A stretch of DNA of 63,882 nucleotides, counting the filler, from Octopus bimaculoides (Eukaryota): NCBI RefSeq assembly GCF_001194135.2. It is 4 parts of 4 records of this genome, joined end to end, with 100 filler letters (N's around TTAATTAATTAA, not from the genome) between each part and the next. Parts side by side here need not be neighbours in the genome. Positions count along the whole stretch, not along the records: positions 23,082 to 44,945 come from NC_068992.1; 3 more parts are not named here. The stretch is one strand, 5' to 3'. This document shows, piece by piece, positions 24,221 to 37,349 of the stretch (position 1 is its first letter; each line of letters opens with the position of its first letter). The position numbers and the translations under genes are program-made. The notes under the pieces are model-generated. The model was given only the letters and a program-made list of their open reading frames with translations, ran no database searches and was not told where the DNA came from.

Positions 24221-24568
24221 CAGTAGTTCTCAACCGGGGTCTATATGGCCCCTATGGTCCATATAAGATTTTTAGGGTCCATACAACAAAATAGTAAATT
24301 GGGGATCCACAATAGTATTTTAAGAACCCCTGAAAAAAAATTGCTTTACACGTATGTATTGGTGTATATTGCAGGAAACATCTAGGTTTCTTTCTCTAAC
24401 ATTTTACATAGATCAACCGACACAAGTTAATGTGTGAAAAACAAAATAAGAATTTTGAAAGAAATTTCTATAAAACTAATTTTTAAACATTGAATGGCTA
24501 CGGAGGGCCACCAGAATAAAATAGTAATCAAAGGGGTCCATAGATAAAAATAAAATTAAGGATCCCTG
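24221..24568. mobile_element. Non-autonomous hAT element (MITE)
   Basis: Starts CAGTAGTTCTCAACC, ends ...gatccCTG, exact 8-bp TSD ATATAGTC at 24213-24220 and 24569-24576, subterminal ggggtccata-like repeats. Confidence 0.88.
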
Positions 24569-24644
24569 ATATAGTCACTATATTTTCTACATTAGAAACC
24601 TACAAATAAATAATGTAACAGAAATAGATAAAATAAAAAATAAT

Positions 24645-24831
24645 CTTTTCTACTACAGGTAAAAAGTCTGAAAATCTTGTAATGGGGAGGACTAATTATA
24701 TCAACGTCAGTGCTCAACAGGTACTTATTTTATTGATCCGCGGCGGCATTTGAACTCAGAATGTTAAACAGAAGAAATGCCGCTCAGCATTTTGTCAGGC
24801 GTGGTAACGATTCTTCTAACTCGCCACCGTT
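24645..24831 (-). mobile_element. Diverged SINE family C
   Basis: ggtacttattttattgatccg...tttgaactcagaatgtt...aactcgccaccgtt. Confidence 0.8.
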
Positions 24832-25029
24832 AAGTGACAAATAATAAATATTTATTGTTGATAAAACCTAATGTTGTGCCTCTATGAGAAACAAAAAAGA
24901 AATCATTCGTTTCGTATTGTAATATGTGAAAGAGTGCCATGGAATACAAGATTTTCAACGAGACAATCACTAGTTCAGTATAGTTTGGGTAGTGACAGTG
25001 ACAAGGAAGTATCTGTTAAGTGACTCCGT

Positions 25030-25271
25030 TTCTAATACCTGGTGTTCGAAAAGTCTCTCCACAGTAAATATTTAATGGTTTTCAGGCAATTCTTGTACAC
25101 TGATCCTTTACTTGCTCCCCAGAAGAAAAAGCCAGGGTGTGTTAAATCAGGTGATCTTAGTGGCCAAAGTCCCTTCGAAATAATCTGTTCACCGAAAAAC
25201 TCTTGAAGTAGCCCCATGGTAATGTGCAGGATGAAAACAATTCACTGCGGACAGACTTTTTGAATCCCCTG
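25030..25271 (-). mobile_element. Tc1/mariner transposase C-terminal fragment (rosa/DD41D-like motif) with one terminus
   Basis: LQEFFGEQIISKGLWPLRSPDLTHPGFFFWGASKGSVYKN matches F..R.IS....WPPRSPDLTP.DFFLWG.LK..VY; TA|CAGGGGATTCAAAAAG end at 25271. Confidence 0.75.
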
Positions 25272-26033
25272 TATAATAGTTTTTCGATTCACTAGGCAAT
25301 ATATCTTGTAAGATATGATTTCATAAACCCACCACACACACACACACATATATAGTGTATCTTGTACGTACAAATAGATGTACGACTGCTACTGTTAAGT
25401 TTAGTGCCCCATGTGTATTATCGTCGACAAGTCTGCTTCTAGTATATTGGTTAAGCAACTACAACACTTAGTAGTATTACTATTTATGATATACATGGCA
25501 AATGTAAGAGAAATTACAATAAAACAAGTCTATATTATTTTACTTATTCGTCCCTTTTTATGCGCTCTATCTCTCACTATACTTCCTTATCTTTCTCTCT
25601 TCCTATTTCTCTATCACGTGGGTATATTTATCTATTTAATTATTTATACATTCATTTTGACTTCCTTTATTATGTTGTTTATATTTTTGTTTATCCTTTT
25701 ACGATTGTCCAAATTATATTTTTCTTTCTCTATTTTTGTTTCTCTCTCTCTTTTTTTTTCTCTTTTTGCTATCTCTTTTGTCTTCAATTTCGTTTTGTTT
25801 TCTTAGTCCTTAATCTTTCTGTCAATTGGTTTCCTGCAAATACTTATAAAACGCCTCGCTATTTAACCAATTCTAGACATCAGTTCTCAGTTACATAATG
25901 CAGTAAAGTTTTCCCTGGAGGTCCATTGTGGTTAAGCATCCAGTTTCACTCGGAACGTCTAATGTAAAGTTCCATGAAACCACAATAGAGAAATGTACGT
26001 AGGAACAAATAATATGAAAGTGTGTGCATGCAT

Positions 26034-26116
<83 letters not shown>

Positions 26117-26280
26117 CACGCACAGTGTGATTTACAAATATCCGTGTATACATCTATATGCAAACATTAATATACATGTGTTTATGTGTGGTTGTGTGCG
26201 TATACATACTTATACAGATAAGCATAAAGATAGATTGATATCGAAATGTTTTAGTTTGTCAAGGACACTGGAAAAGAGTA

Positions 26281-26444
26281 CAGTAATCTCTCGACTATCG
26301 ACTATGTACAATACCGTATTATTTTTATAATTTGTATATATTTATCTTATTATAAATGCCGCGGAGGAATCGACGTAAGCTTAAATAACAAACCGCGATA
26401 GGTGAACTACGATAAGTGAACCGCGATATGGTGAGAAATTAATG
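26281..26444. mobile_element. pogo/Tigger-like MITE
   Basis: TA|CAGTAATCTCTCGACTATCG ... CGATATGGTGAGAAATTAATG|TA imperfect TIRs, TA target sites, internal aaccgcgata repeats. Confidence 0.78.
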
Positions 26445-26632
26445 TACTCCATTATGTAGAGTATAGTTACTTAAAATGAATCTTTGACCCTCATTTCGTA
26501 CTACTGGAGTTTCACATCTGAGAGTCACAGTCACTTGAAAATTAAAACGCAACAAACAGATCTTAACTTACTTTTGCAATCTTTTCCTTCGAGATTCAAG
26601 CTAATAAGATTCACAGTGAACATTTCCTGATC

Positions 26633-27205
26633 AGACGGACATTGAAGGTATCGGTTATAACTAATATAAGGCTTTAGAAACATAATTCAAATAAATATTT
26701 TAATTACAAATTGCTATTCATTCATGTCTGCCATAAAACACAGTTAACACATGTTTGCTTGTGTTAAAATATTCTACTGCAACTGAAATCACAATAACTA
26801 CCCTATTTAAGGAAGTTGTTGGCTTCATCAGAGATTTTAATGATGTAAATTCAACTCTCTGATATTCCTTGAAAATATTTTTACTTGTCAGTCGATTATT
26901 AAATTGAATACATACTTATTATAGGTCGTTTTTTTTTATCTGTTATAAACACTGTACTGATGTCAAAAGTCTGGGATATCGATTCCCTTTCGCAACATTA
27001 TTAGTGATAATAACGAAGTCTTATAATCATCAACTAGTCACTTTCTTCAGCTAGATTTTGGCCTCTAAGAGAAAACAGTCATCGTCAGTAAAGTGGTTTT
27101 GATCCCCAACAGCAGCCATTTCCATGAGGTAGCATTGAACAATACTTTTCCCATTTGAAGTAAACAGGGATGACGGACCTGGTCGATACAAGGATCTGCA
27201 CTAGA
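26633..27205 (+). repeat. 573-bp direct duplication, copy 1 (flanked by GATCAG)
   Basis: Collinear with 28626-29198, scattered substitutions, roughly 95 percent identity by eye. Confidence 0.95.
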
Positions 27206-28625
27206 TCAGCTGAACCCTCTGAACTGTCGACAGTGAACTATTCTCTTAGTCAAGGACATAGGGAGGACATAAGGAATTACTGGCAACTAACATCATATAG
27301 CGTCATTGATTCACCCAGCAGTGACGGAAAGATGCAATAATCATTAATTTATTGTCTCTAAGAAAAAGATATTATTGTGCTGATATTATAATCAGAAGCA
27401 TCTCAGTTATTGTCATCCTATCATATTTTCAATGACTGTATCCAAGACTTCATTCTACAGCGCTTTCGTTTTTCAAATTTAATAGGATATGATTTAAGGG
27501 TGATTTGACCACTGTTTCTAGCAGTTTGGGCAACCACAAAAAAGTTGTACTGTTGTTCAATTTTTAGAAGAAGGAAGAAAAGATATGTGTCTTTCATCTT
27601 TTTCCAAGAGAGTTATCGATTGTTTCATCAGAAACTACATGGTGATTTCGGCTCAACAGGGCCTCACTTCTCTCTTTATCATGTTCCTATAAAACACGTG
27701 ATTCTAAAAACACTATTTACGTTAAGAGGCAAATCTAGTCAAGTGACTACTTCTTATTATATCTACTCCATTTGGTGTACAAATAATACGATCTGGACTT
27801 ATCTGATGTTGTAACAAAGAGGAATAGAAGTCGATACTGTAATATAATTCAGTGGCGTTTTAGTGGTTTTGCTATTTCACTGCCTTTTCAACTCCGAAAT
27901 ATTTATTACATTCTGTAGTTGGAAATAGATGTCTCGACATCTCATTCCAAGCTCTCAGCAGTTATAATTAGATCGCCACAAGGGTTAGCTGTGAGACCAT
28001 ATATTTTAAATTGTTCGCCAGAAATAATTATTGTATTAGTTAAAGTATTACTATGTAGTTACAATTATTCATAAATCAATTAAAAATAGATTACCTGAGC
28101 CGTTGAGATTTCGCTATCTTGGCCATGGATATAGTGCAATGTCAGCAATAGCCCAACTCTCTCATTAAATCGACCAGCAATACGGTTTGTTGAGAGACAT
28201 GCAAGACAGATTATAAATAATTATCCCATGACACTCAGATAATAAATTTTATGATGAAAGTTGTGTATCTAATAAATGATTAAAGCCTATCGATTCCTGA
28301 AAATTGAAGTTTGGGAATTGTGTTGGGCATTAGAGAACTAAGATAAATGCCTACAACCAGGTTTGGAGCCTCTGTTTGCTGGGAGCTAACTACTCACGCT
28401 ACCATACTCGTCACAATGCGGGTAATTGACAACAAATTATGAGTGAATCACTTAGGAAGTTATTTGCTGCTGGTTTTCATCATCCATTATTAAAGAATCA
28501 CTGAAAGCAAACAAATACCAGAAGAAAATCAGATCGATATAAAACTAATATGTACTTCTGAAATCGTTTGAAATACACATTAAGAGTTCTAGGACTGTCG
28601 GTAAGATACATAGAGGTCATAAGTA

Positions 28626-29198
28626 AGACGGACATCGAAAGTATCGGTTATAACTAATATAAGGCTTTAGAAACATAATTCAAATAAATATTTTAATTAC
28701 AAATTGCTATTCATTCATGTCTGCCATAAAACACAGTTAACACATATTTGCTTGTGTTAAATTATTCTACTGCAACTGAAATCACAGTAACTACCCTATT
28801 TAAGGAAGTTCTTGGCTTCATCAGAGATTTTATTGATGTAAATTCAACTCTCTGATACTCCTTGAAAATATTTTTACTTGTCAGTCGATTATTAAATTGA
28901 CTACATACTTATTATAGGTCGTTTTTTTAAATCTGTTATAAACACTGCACTGATGCCAAAAGTCTGGGATATCGATTCCCTTTCGCAACATTATTAGTGA
29001 TAATAACGAAGTCTTATAATTATCAACTAGTCACTTTCTTCAGCTAAATTTTGGCCTCTAAGAGAAAACAGTCATCGTCAGTAAAGTGGTTTTGATCCCC
29101 AACAGCAGCCATTTCCATGAGGTAGCATTGAACAATACTTTTCCCATTTCAAGTAAACAGGGATGACGGACCTGGTCGATACAAGGATCCGCACTAGA
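28626..29198 (+). repeat. 573-bp direct duplication, copy 2
   Basis: Offset 1993 bp from copy 1; shared block agacggac...gcactaga. Confidence 0.95.
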
Positions 29199-29307
29199 CA
29201 CTTATAATTGATCCAATATATATGACATTCAATATATATTTATGTTCTCCTGAAGCTTTATGTCCATTTAAAATTATATTGACTTTGTCATATTTTATTT
29301 ATCATAT

Positions 29308-29743
29308 TGGTTTCAAATTTTGGCGCAAAGTCACCAATTTTGGGGAGAGAGGTGGTGGTGGTGTTGGTGGTAGTGGTGGAGATAAATCGATTACATCAAC
29401 CCCAGTGCTCAACTGGTACCTATTTTATCGATCACGAAGAATGAAAGGCAAAGTCGACCTCGGTGAGATTTGAATTCGGAACGTAAAGACGGACGAAATG
29501 CTGCTAAGCATTTTTCCGGAGCGGTAACGATTCTTTTCTACTATAGGCACAAGGCCTGCAATTTGAGGGAGGGGATAGTTGATTTCATCGACCCCACTGC
29601 GTAACTAGTACTTATTTCATTGACCCCGAAAGGATGAAAGTCAAAGTCGACCTCGGCGGAATTTGAACTCAGAACGTAGCGACGGGCGAAATACCGCTAA
29701 GCATTTCGTCCGGCGCGCTAAAGATTCTGCCAGCTCGCCGCTT
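29308..29743 (-). mobile_element. Two head-to-tail SINE family C copies
   Basis: About 29308-29533 (5'-truncated) and 29534-29743. Confidence 0.88.
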
Positions 29744-30407
29744 TATTGTGTTTACCATATTACAATGTGGAGAGAGACCCATGCCCCCTTTGGTCATGNN
29801 NNNNNNNNNNNNNNNNNNNNNNNNNNNNNNNNNNNNNNNNNNNNNNNNNNNNNNNNNNNNNNNNNNNNNNNNNNNNNNNNNNNNNNNNNNNNNNNNNNNN
29901 NNNNNNNNNNNNNNNNNNNNNNNNNNNNNNNNNNNNNNNNNNNNNNNNNNNNNNNNNNNNNNNNNNNNNNNNNNNNNNNNNNNNNNNNNNNNNNNNNNNN
30001 NNNNNNNNNNNNNNNNNNNNNNNNNNNNNNNNNNNNNNNNNNNNNNNNNNNNNNNNNNNNNNNNNNNNNNNNNNNNNNNNNNNNNNNNNNNNNNNNNNNN
30101 NNNNNNNNNNNNNNNNNNNNNNNNNNNNNNNNNNNNNNNNNNNNNNNNNNNNNNNNNNNNNNNNNNNNNNNNNNNNNNNNNNNNNNNNNNNNNNNNNNNN
30201 NNNNNNNNNNNNNNNNNNNNNNNNNNNNNNNNNNNNNNNNNNNNNNNNNNNNNNNNNNNNNNNNNNNNNNNNNNNNNNNNNNNNNNNNNNNNNNNNNNNN
30301 NNNNNNNNNNNNNNNNNNNNNNNNNNNNNNNNNNNNNNNNNNNNNNNNNNNNNNNNNNNNNNNNNNNNNNNNNNNNNNNNNNNNNNNNNNNNNNNNNNNN
30401 NNNNNNN

Positions 30408-30471
<64 letters not shown>

Positions 30472-31071
30472 AAACGAGTCATGTGACTTGCCAAAAGAAA
30501 AAAACATATTTAGTTAAAGTCATTGACAAGTGACACCTTTACTGTATCTTTACATGCAAGAATCAAAAGATACAAATCTCCAGCTTCATTACAAACCACG
30601 CAAAATTAAAAATTAAACTTGATAAAATATAATTTCTGAGATGAAAAGTGTAGCAAGTATCGATGCGAAATTTAAACATTACTTATCGATTCTATCTAAC
30701 AAATATCAGTAAATGAATATTCATAAATTTAATTTTCCTCTTCTTTTTTCTTTATTCATCATCTTAACTTATTTAAATTCTATATTTTAATTCCCCAATG
30801 TTTTTCTTTTAGTTTTCTTGTTGTTTCTGTGGATTATTTATCAAATTTTAGGTGTATATTTGTTAATATATTTTGCTAATGCATTAATGTATCTGTTTGG
30901 GGGATTGTATGATTGCATATATACACATATACACACACATATACACACACAAACAGGCGCACGCGCTCACACACGTACACACACACACACACATATATAT
31001 ATATACATACATAGATAACTACATATATGTATAAGGTATACACACATGCGAGTATATTATATGTGGGTGTA

Positions 31072-31117
<46 letters not shown>

Positions 31118-31151
31118 CAGAGAGAAATAGTGATAGAGAGAGAGAGAGAGC

Positions 31152-31190
<39 letters not shown>

Positions 31191-32237
31191 GAAATATACA
31201 TACTCGCACCTGATGAATCGGCAAGTGAAGAATGAAAAAGAACTTTTAGTTTCATACACATTTTTTTTCCTTTTAAAGATGATTGATAACTAGCTTTCAT
31301 CTTCAAATATAATTAATTGGTTANNNNNNNNNNNNNNNNNNNNNNNNNNNNNNNNNNNNNNNNNNNNNNNNNNNNNNNNNNNNNNNNNNNNNNNNNNNNN
31401 NNNNNNNNNNNNNNNNNNNNNNNNNNNNNNNNNNNNNNNNNNNNNNNNNNNNNNNNNNNNNNNNNNNNNNNNNNNNNNNNNNNNNNNNNNNNNNNNNNNN
31501 NNNNNNNNNNNNNNNNNNNNNNNNNNNNNNNNNNNNNNNNNNNNNNNNNNNNNNNNNNNNNNNNNNNNNNNNNNNNNNNNNNNNNNNNNNNNNNNNNNNN
31601 NNNNNNNNNNNNNNNNNNNNNNNNNNNNNNNNNNNNNNNNNNNNNNNNNNNNNNNNNNNNNNNNNNNNNNNNNNNNNNNNNNNNNNNNNNNNNNNNNNNN
31701 NNNNNNNNNNNNNNNNNNNNNNNNNNNNNNNNNNNNNNNNNNNNNNNNNNNNNNNNNNNNNNNNNNNNNNNNNNNNNNNNNNNNNNNNNNNNNNNNNNNN
31801 NNNNNNNNNNNNNNNNNNNNNNNNNNNNNNNNNNNNNNNNNNNNNNNNNNNNNNNNNNNNNNNNNNNNNNNNNNNNNNNNNNNNNNNNNNNNNNNNNNNN
31901 NNNNNNNNNNNNNNNNNNNNNNNNNNNNNNNNNNNNNNNNNNNNNNNNNNNNNNNNNNNNNNNNNNNNNNNNNNNNNNNNNNNNNNNNNNNNNNNNNNNN
32001 NNNNNNNNNNNNNNNNNNNNNNNNNNNNNNNNNNNNNNNNNNNNNNNNNNNNNNNNNNNNNNNNNNNNNNNNNNNNNNNNNNNNNNNNNNNNNNNNNNNN
32101 NNNNNNNNNNNNNNNNNNNNNNNNNNNNNNNNNNNNNNNNNNNNNNNNNNNNNNNNNNNNNNNNNNNNNNNNNNNNNNNNNNNNNNNNNNNNNNNNNNNN
32201 NNNNNNNNNNNNNNNNNNNNNNNNNNNNNNNNNNNNN

Positions 32238-32360
32238 ATTTGTCTGAATATTTTTTATTATACCTAAGACGCCTACTATGATAGGAATTGTTTCTGTTTT
32301 TAGATTCCACATTCGAGTTACCTCTATTTCCAGGTCTTTGTATTTTGAAAGTTTCTTCAT
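32238..32360 (-). mobile_element. R4/Dong-like LINE, RLE C-terminal fragment running into a gap
   Basis: KKLSKYKDLEIEVTRMWNLKTETIPIIVGVLGIIK. Confidence 0.85.
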
Positions 32361-32367
32361 TTCTTTT

Positions 32368-32384
32368 TATTATTATTATTTTTA

Positions 32385-32455
<71 letters not shown>
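32368..32455. repeat. (TAA)n array joining two R4/Dong-like fragments
   Basis: Direct reading. Confidence 0.95.
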
Positions 32456-33830
32456 TCCAAAATTCTTCCACATTTGCTGTTGGTGTTCCTATTATATTTT
32501 CTCTATTTTATTTTGCCAAGTTCTTGGTAGAATCTTTTGGGGTTGGAGTTGAACTGTTTGTTTTGATCAAAGAAACGTTGGCGTTTCTCATACTGGCGGA
32601 TTCTTTGTGCTTTGGCGAGGATATCTTGCTTTAGTTGTTCTTTTATTTAGGATATACCTTGTTCTGTAATTTTAAATTTATTTAGTATCTTTCTTCTCTT
32701 CTTGTGGCGTAGTAGTGTTGATTGTCTACTAGTTTCATTAAGGATTGACAGATTATTTTCTATTATTTTCAATTTTCCCTGGATATTATTTATCCACAAG
32801 GTTTGTATGGGTGGTGATGCTCCTGTTTGGATAGGTTTTAGGGGGTATCCAGCTTCTTTCGTGGCCACAGCGGCTGCGCATATATTATGTCATTTAGCCT
32901 GGTCATATTGACATTTATTTCTGTGGCTATTAGTTCTATGATGGCCAGGTTCATGTTATTTATTATTGATGTCTTATTATCAATTTTAATTTTTGGGCGG
33001 TACAATCGGTGGTCCATACTGAGATCTCTGGCTTTTAACTCTTTGATTATGCTCATTTTTAAAGTATCATAATAATTTTACCTTCGCTGTTTCCAGGTTT
33101 TTGATTTTTGTCTGCGGGGTTCTGGTTTGGTGCATTTTGCTCATCATTATACATTCCTACGGTCCGGGCTTGTTGTCGTTCGTTGTTTACTTCGTTTTTA
33201 TTGGAAATGTTACGTCTGTCTTCGTGTTTTACAGTCCCCGTGCCCATGATATTATTTGGCTTTGCTGTGTGGTTACTGTCTACGTATTCCTGATGTATTT
33301 TTCCTTTTAAGTGTTCTATTTCTATTTCTGATATTTGTTTTGTTTTGAGAATATATCTCCTTATGTTAGCTAGTTTAATAGGGTTCATTGCTGTATCCAA
33401 ATCCTTATCAAGGTTATATTTCTTATTTCTTCCAGATTTTATATGTATATGTTGTTGTGTCTTCGTTCTGTAGGTAGAGCACTGCTGTAAAATAAGCGTG
33501 TAGGATTGAAATATATTCCTCACGTGCCTATTTATACTTTTTTGATTTTATTTGCGGGACATGAAGAATAACGTCCGACTCTTTATTTTGATGGACATAA
33601 TTATTGTTGGGTACTGGTCCGTTCATTTCTTGTGTTAAATGGTTTTGCACGTGTAGTTTTTCGTAGTTTTTGTATAACAATTTTAAAGTACGCACTTCCC
33701 GATTGTTATCCTTGGGTTGAATACTATGGGTGTTATTTAATTTTTTTTCTTATTTTTTTTTGTATGGTGGTTGAGGACGGAAATGGTCTGATGTTGATTG
33801 GATCGTGATGTGGCGAGCTTGTTTACACGT
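32456..33830 (-). mobile_element. R4/Dong-like LINE, N-terminal ORF region (decayed, RT absent)
   Basis: REEYISILHAY...TYKIW / NPIKLANIRRYILKTKQISEIEIEHLK / AAAVATKEAG / LKQDILAKAQRIRQYEKRQRFFDQNKQFNSNPKRFYQELGK / VEEFWK are typical of the pre-RT region of this clade; multiple frameshifts. 5' limit approximate. Confidence 0.8.
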
Positions 33831-34054
33831 GTTGTGTGAGTGATGGAGATGATACACAGTTAAAATACATAATTTCATTTGGAAAATAGAAATAAATTTT
33901 AATGAGTATTACTTACTCGGATATAGTCCAACACTTTGTCAGCTATTTTTGGCTCCATGCGATGTCTCCCTTCCCGATGGTTTTGGATAGATTTCGGAGT
34001 AGTGCTTTGTCGCTCTCACATGTTAAACATTCTCGGTGTTCCACATCTTATCAC

Positions 34055-34056
34055 TC

Positions 34057-34121
<65 letters not shown>

Positions 34122-34170
34122 GTAGTAGTAGTAGTAGTAGTAGTGGCAGTAATAGTAGTTGTGGTGGTGC

Positions 34171-34207
<37 letters not shown>

Positions 34208-34270
34208 TGTAGTAGTAGTAGTAGTAGTAGTAGTATTCTATTATTATTATTATTGTTGTTGTTGTTGTTC
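34055..34270. repeat. Compound (ATT)n-(AGT)n-(ATT)n-(GTT)n array
   Basis: Direct reading. Confidence 0.92.
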
Positions 34271-34439
34271 ATATATATATATACAACAGATTAGACTGTT
34301 GAAAAAGAAAACATCCCAACATCGGGCTACAGCAATTAACCTTAGATGTCAAGAAGCCTCCTAAGCATCCTAGCTGTCCTTAATAACAGTTTTCTGCAGC
34401 TGTACTAAACTGGGTTTATGCCAATTTCGTCTTTCCATC

Positions 34440-34866
34440 TTTCTTTATTTCTTCTACTTGTTTCAGCCATTTGACAAGTCGACCCCAGGACTAACTCTTT
34501 GTAAGCCTAGTACTTATTCTATTGGGCTCTTTTTGCCGAACCGTTAAGTGACGGGGACATAAGCACACAGTTGTCAAGCGATGGTGGAGAGACAAACACA
34601 AACACAAATAACAAATACACACACACACATACACACATACACACACACACACACATACATACATATATACATACACACACACATATANNNNNNNNNNNNN
34701 NNNNNNNNNNNNNNNNNNNNNNNNNNNNNNNNNNNNNNNNNNNNNNNNNNNNNTTGGTCGGTCCGAGGCTATAGTAGAAGACGCTTGCCCAAGATGCCAC
34801 GCAGTGGGACTGAACCTGGAACCATGTGCTTGGGAAGCAAGCTTCTTACCACATAACCACGCCTCC
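34440..34866 (-). mobile_element. SINE family A with internal deletion and a gap
   Basis: 3' half 34440-34590, 5' half 34754-34866; a further fragment at 34881-34926. Confidence 0.87.
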
Positions 34867-34929
34867 GCCTATATATATATACGACGTGCTTCTTTCCGGC
34901 TCCGTCTACCATATCTACTCACAAGGTAC

Positions 34930-35190
34930 TCAAAGTTACCAGAACGAAATTTTGCAAACGAATTTGATCCTGCCTGCTGTGTAATAACATTAGAATGAAA
35001 TACTCCATTAATATTCCGAGCTCTCTTTGATGTTGTATTTTCAAGAAAGAACTTATATTTCAAAACTGTACGAATTGCCGACTTATCCATCTCTAAACAA
35101 AAATAGCAAAAAACGATTTATAAATACTTTATAAAGCGCAGAATGAGTTAGAATAAAGAAATAGATGTGTCAGCTTTCTAACAAAAAATA
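34930..35190 (-). mobile_element. mariner 5' fragment (Hsmar1/SETMAR-like N-terminal HTH)
   Basis: MDKSAIRTVLKYKFFLENTTSKRARNINGVFHSNVITQQAGSNSFAKFRSGNF resembles MDKKQIR..F.FEF..G..A....RNIN..FG......TV..WF.KF..G.. Confidence 0.78.
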
Positions 35191-35236
35191 ATGATTGTCA
35201 TAATATAATAAGGGCTCAAAATGAGCAGCTGTCAAA

Positions 35237-35509
35237 GTCAGTGCTAGTTCATAGACTACGCGCGCTTCATGGCTGAAATAGGACTATATAAAATCATAAG
35301 CAAATTCTATCCAAGTTCATTAGAACGGGGAAATGACTTTACACCGAAAATCAGTCACTCTTTAGGTCAAATTCCTAATACCTAAAATCATTCAAGGAAT
35401 AGGCATAAACAAGAGAAATGAAAAAATGAACTTGGATAGAATTTGCTTATGATTTTATATAGTCCTATTTCATCCATGAAACGCACGTAGTCTATGTACT
35501 AGCACTGAC
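35237..35509. repeat. 85-bp inverted repeat (4 mismatches) with a 103-bp spacer
   Basis: Arms 35237-35321 and 35425-35509 compared base by base. Confidence 0.95.
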
Positions 35510-35902
35510 ATTTATACATTTATTCCTTCACACTTTATATCATTGTATTAATTTTTACTGTCCTATTTATAATCTTGATTTTTAAACTAATATTTTTATG
35601 ATGAATGCTTCTTTATATGATATATTACATATTATTACAATTTTAGATTAAAATATTAGATAAATATTGATATGGTATATGCCTTACAGCATGGTTTTGG
35701 ACAAGTTCTTAGTTGACTGAGTTGTAGAGTGGCGGTTCATCTCTAAATTAGTTATATACATATATATTATATATTACGAAACCCGGTGTAATATTATACC
35801 GATTTTTGCCTGTAAGGTTGGAATAAGTCTTTATTCCCTAATATTATTACTATACATACATACATATAGATATATATATATATATATATATGCATACACA
35901 CA

Positions 35903-35956
<54 letters not shown>

Positions 35957-36242
35957 CATCGTTGCTATAATGCAGAAGTGTCGCGAGTCCAAATCGTTGC
36001 TTTTTCAGAAAACGAAATAATAATTTCAGTTTCAGCTTAACAATAATGCATGTGTGATATTTTCAGTCAGAAATATCTTTGCAAAACTGTTGTATGTGGA
36101 ACTTACTACACTTCTGAAAAATGCTAAACCGTTGTATTTATACTTTGACAATTTCCATATCTCGGCATCTGAAGCAGCTGGAGATGCGATAGTTTGACCA
36201 AAAGAACCGGCTATTGCAAGCAAAATTATATAGTGAAGAAAA

Positions 36243-36307
<65 letters not shown>

Positions 36308-36679
36308 CATTTAATATTGAAGACGAGATTGCGTGGTTAAGAATGTCATTATGTAACCACTATTATCCTGAAACATCACTATGTGCTAACATATTTTTTC
36401 GCAAATATGTATAAGACACTTAAAAATTGTTTGAAACATCAATATCCCCAAGGTTCACTTGTGTATGTGTATGTGTGTGTGCGTGTCAGTGTGTTTATGT
36501 AATATAATACGCATACACATAAATATATATACATATATCTACACTCAAAGACACACACACAGAGTATAATATACATATAATATAGCATACATATATATAT
36601 ATATATATATCACAGAGTATAATATAGTTACATATATAATAGTGTGTAATATAATATATACATTAACATATATCTATAA

Positions 36680-36830
<151 letters not shown>

Positions 36831-36940
36831 TATGTCTGTATGTATGTATACACACGCGCACGCATATATGCACATGTAGTAGAGCAGGATGTGTGTATAT
36901 GTCTAAATATCTGAGCGTATAACATTGACGTACTTTTAGT

Positions 36941-36972
<32 letters not shown>

Positions 36973-37287
36973 TGTATGTATGTATGCATGCATGTATGTA
37001 TGTATGTATGTATGTATGTATGTATGTATGTATGATTAAATGTAGTTGTCTACATTGGCTAATGTGTGCGTGCGTGTGCGTGTTCGTGCGCGAATGCGCG
37101 TATGTCCGTGCATTGCGTTCATAGTTGTTTGTAATGTTTCCACTGAATGTTTCTATAATAAATCTTGTCCTTTTATTTTTTTGTAATTGTGTGCATGTGT
37201 GTACGTATGTTAACACACACATTTATCGTATGAATTTGCGTGCATGATTTGCCGAGGCCATGCAAATACACATACACACATACACAC

Positions 37288-37349
<62 letters not shown>

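Noticed and set aside
26633-29198. LTR pair flanking an internal region
   Set aside because: No TG..CA termini, PBS, PPT, outer TSD or coding remnants in the 1420-bp interval.
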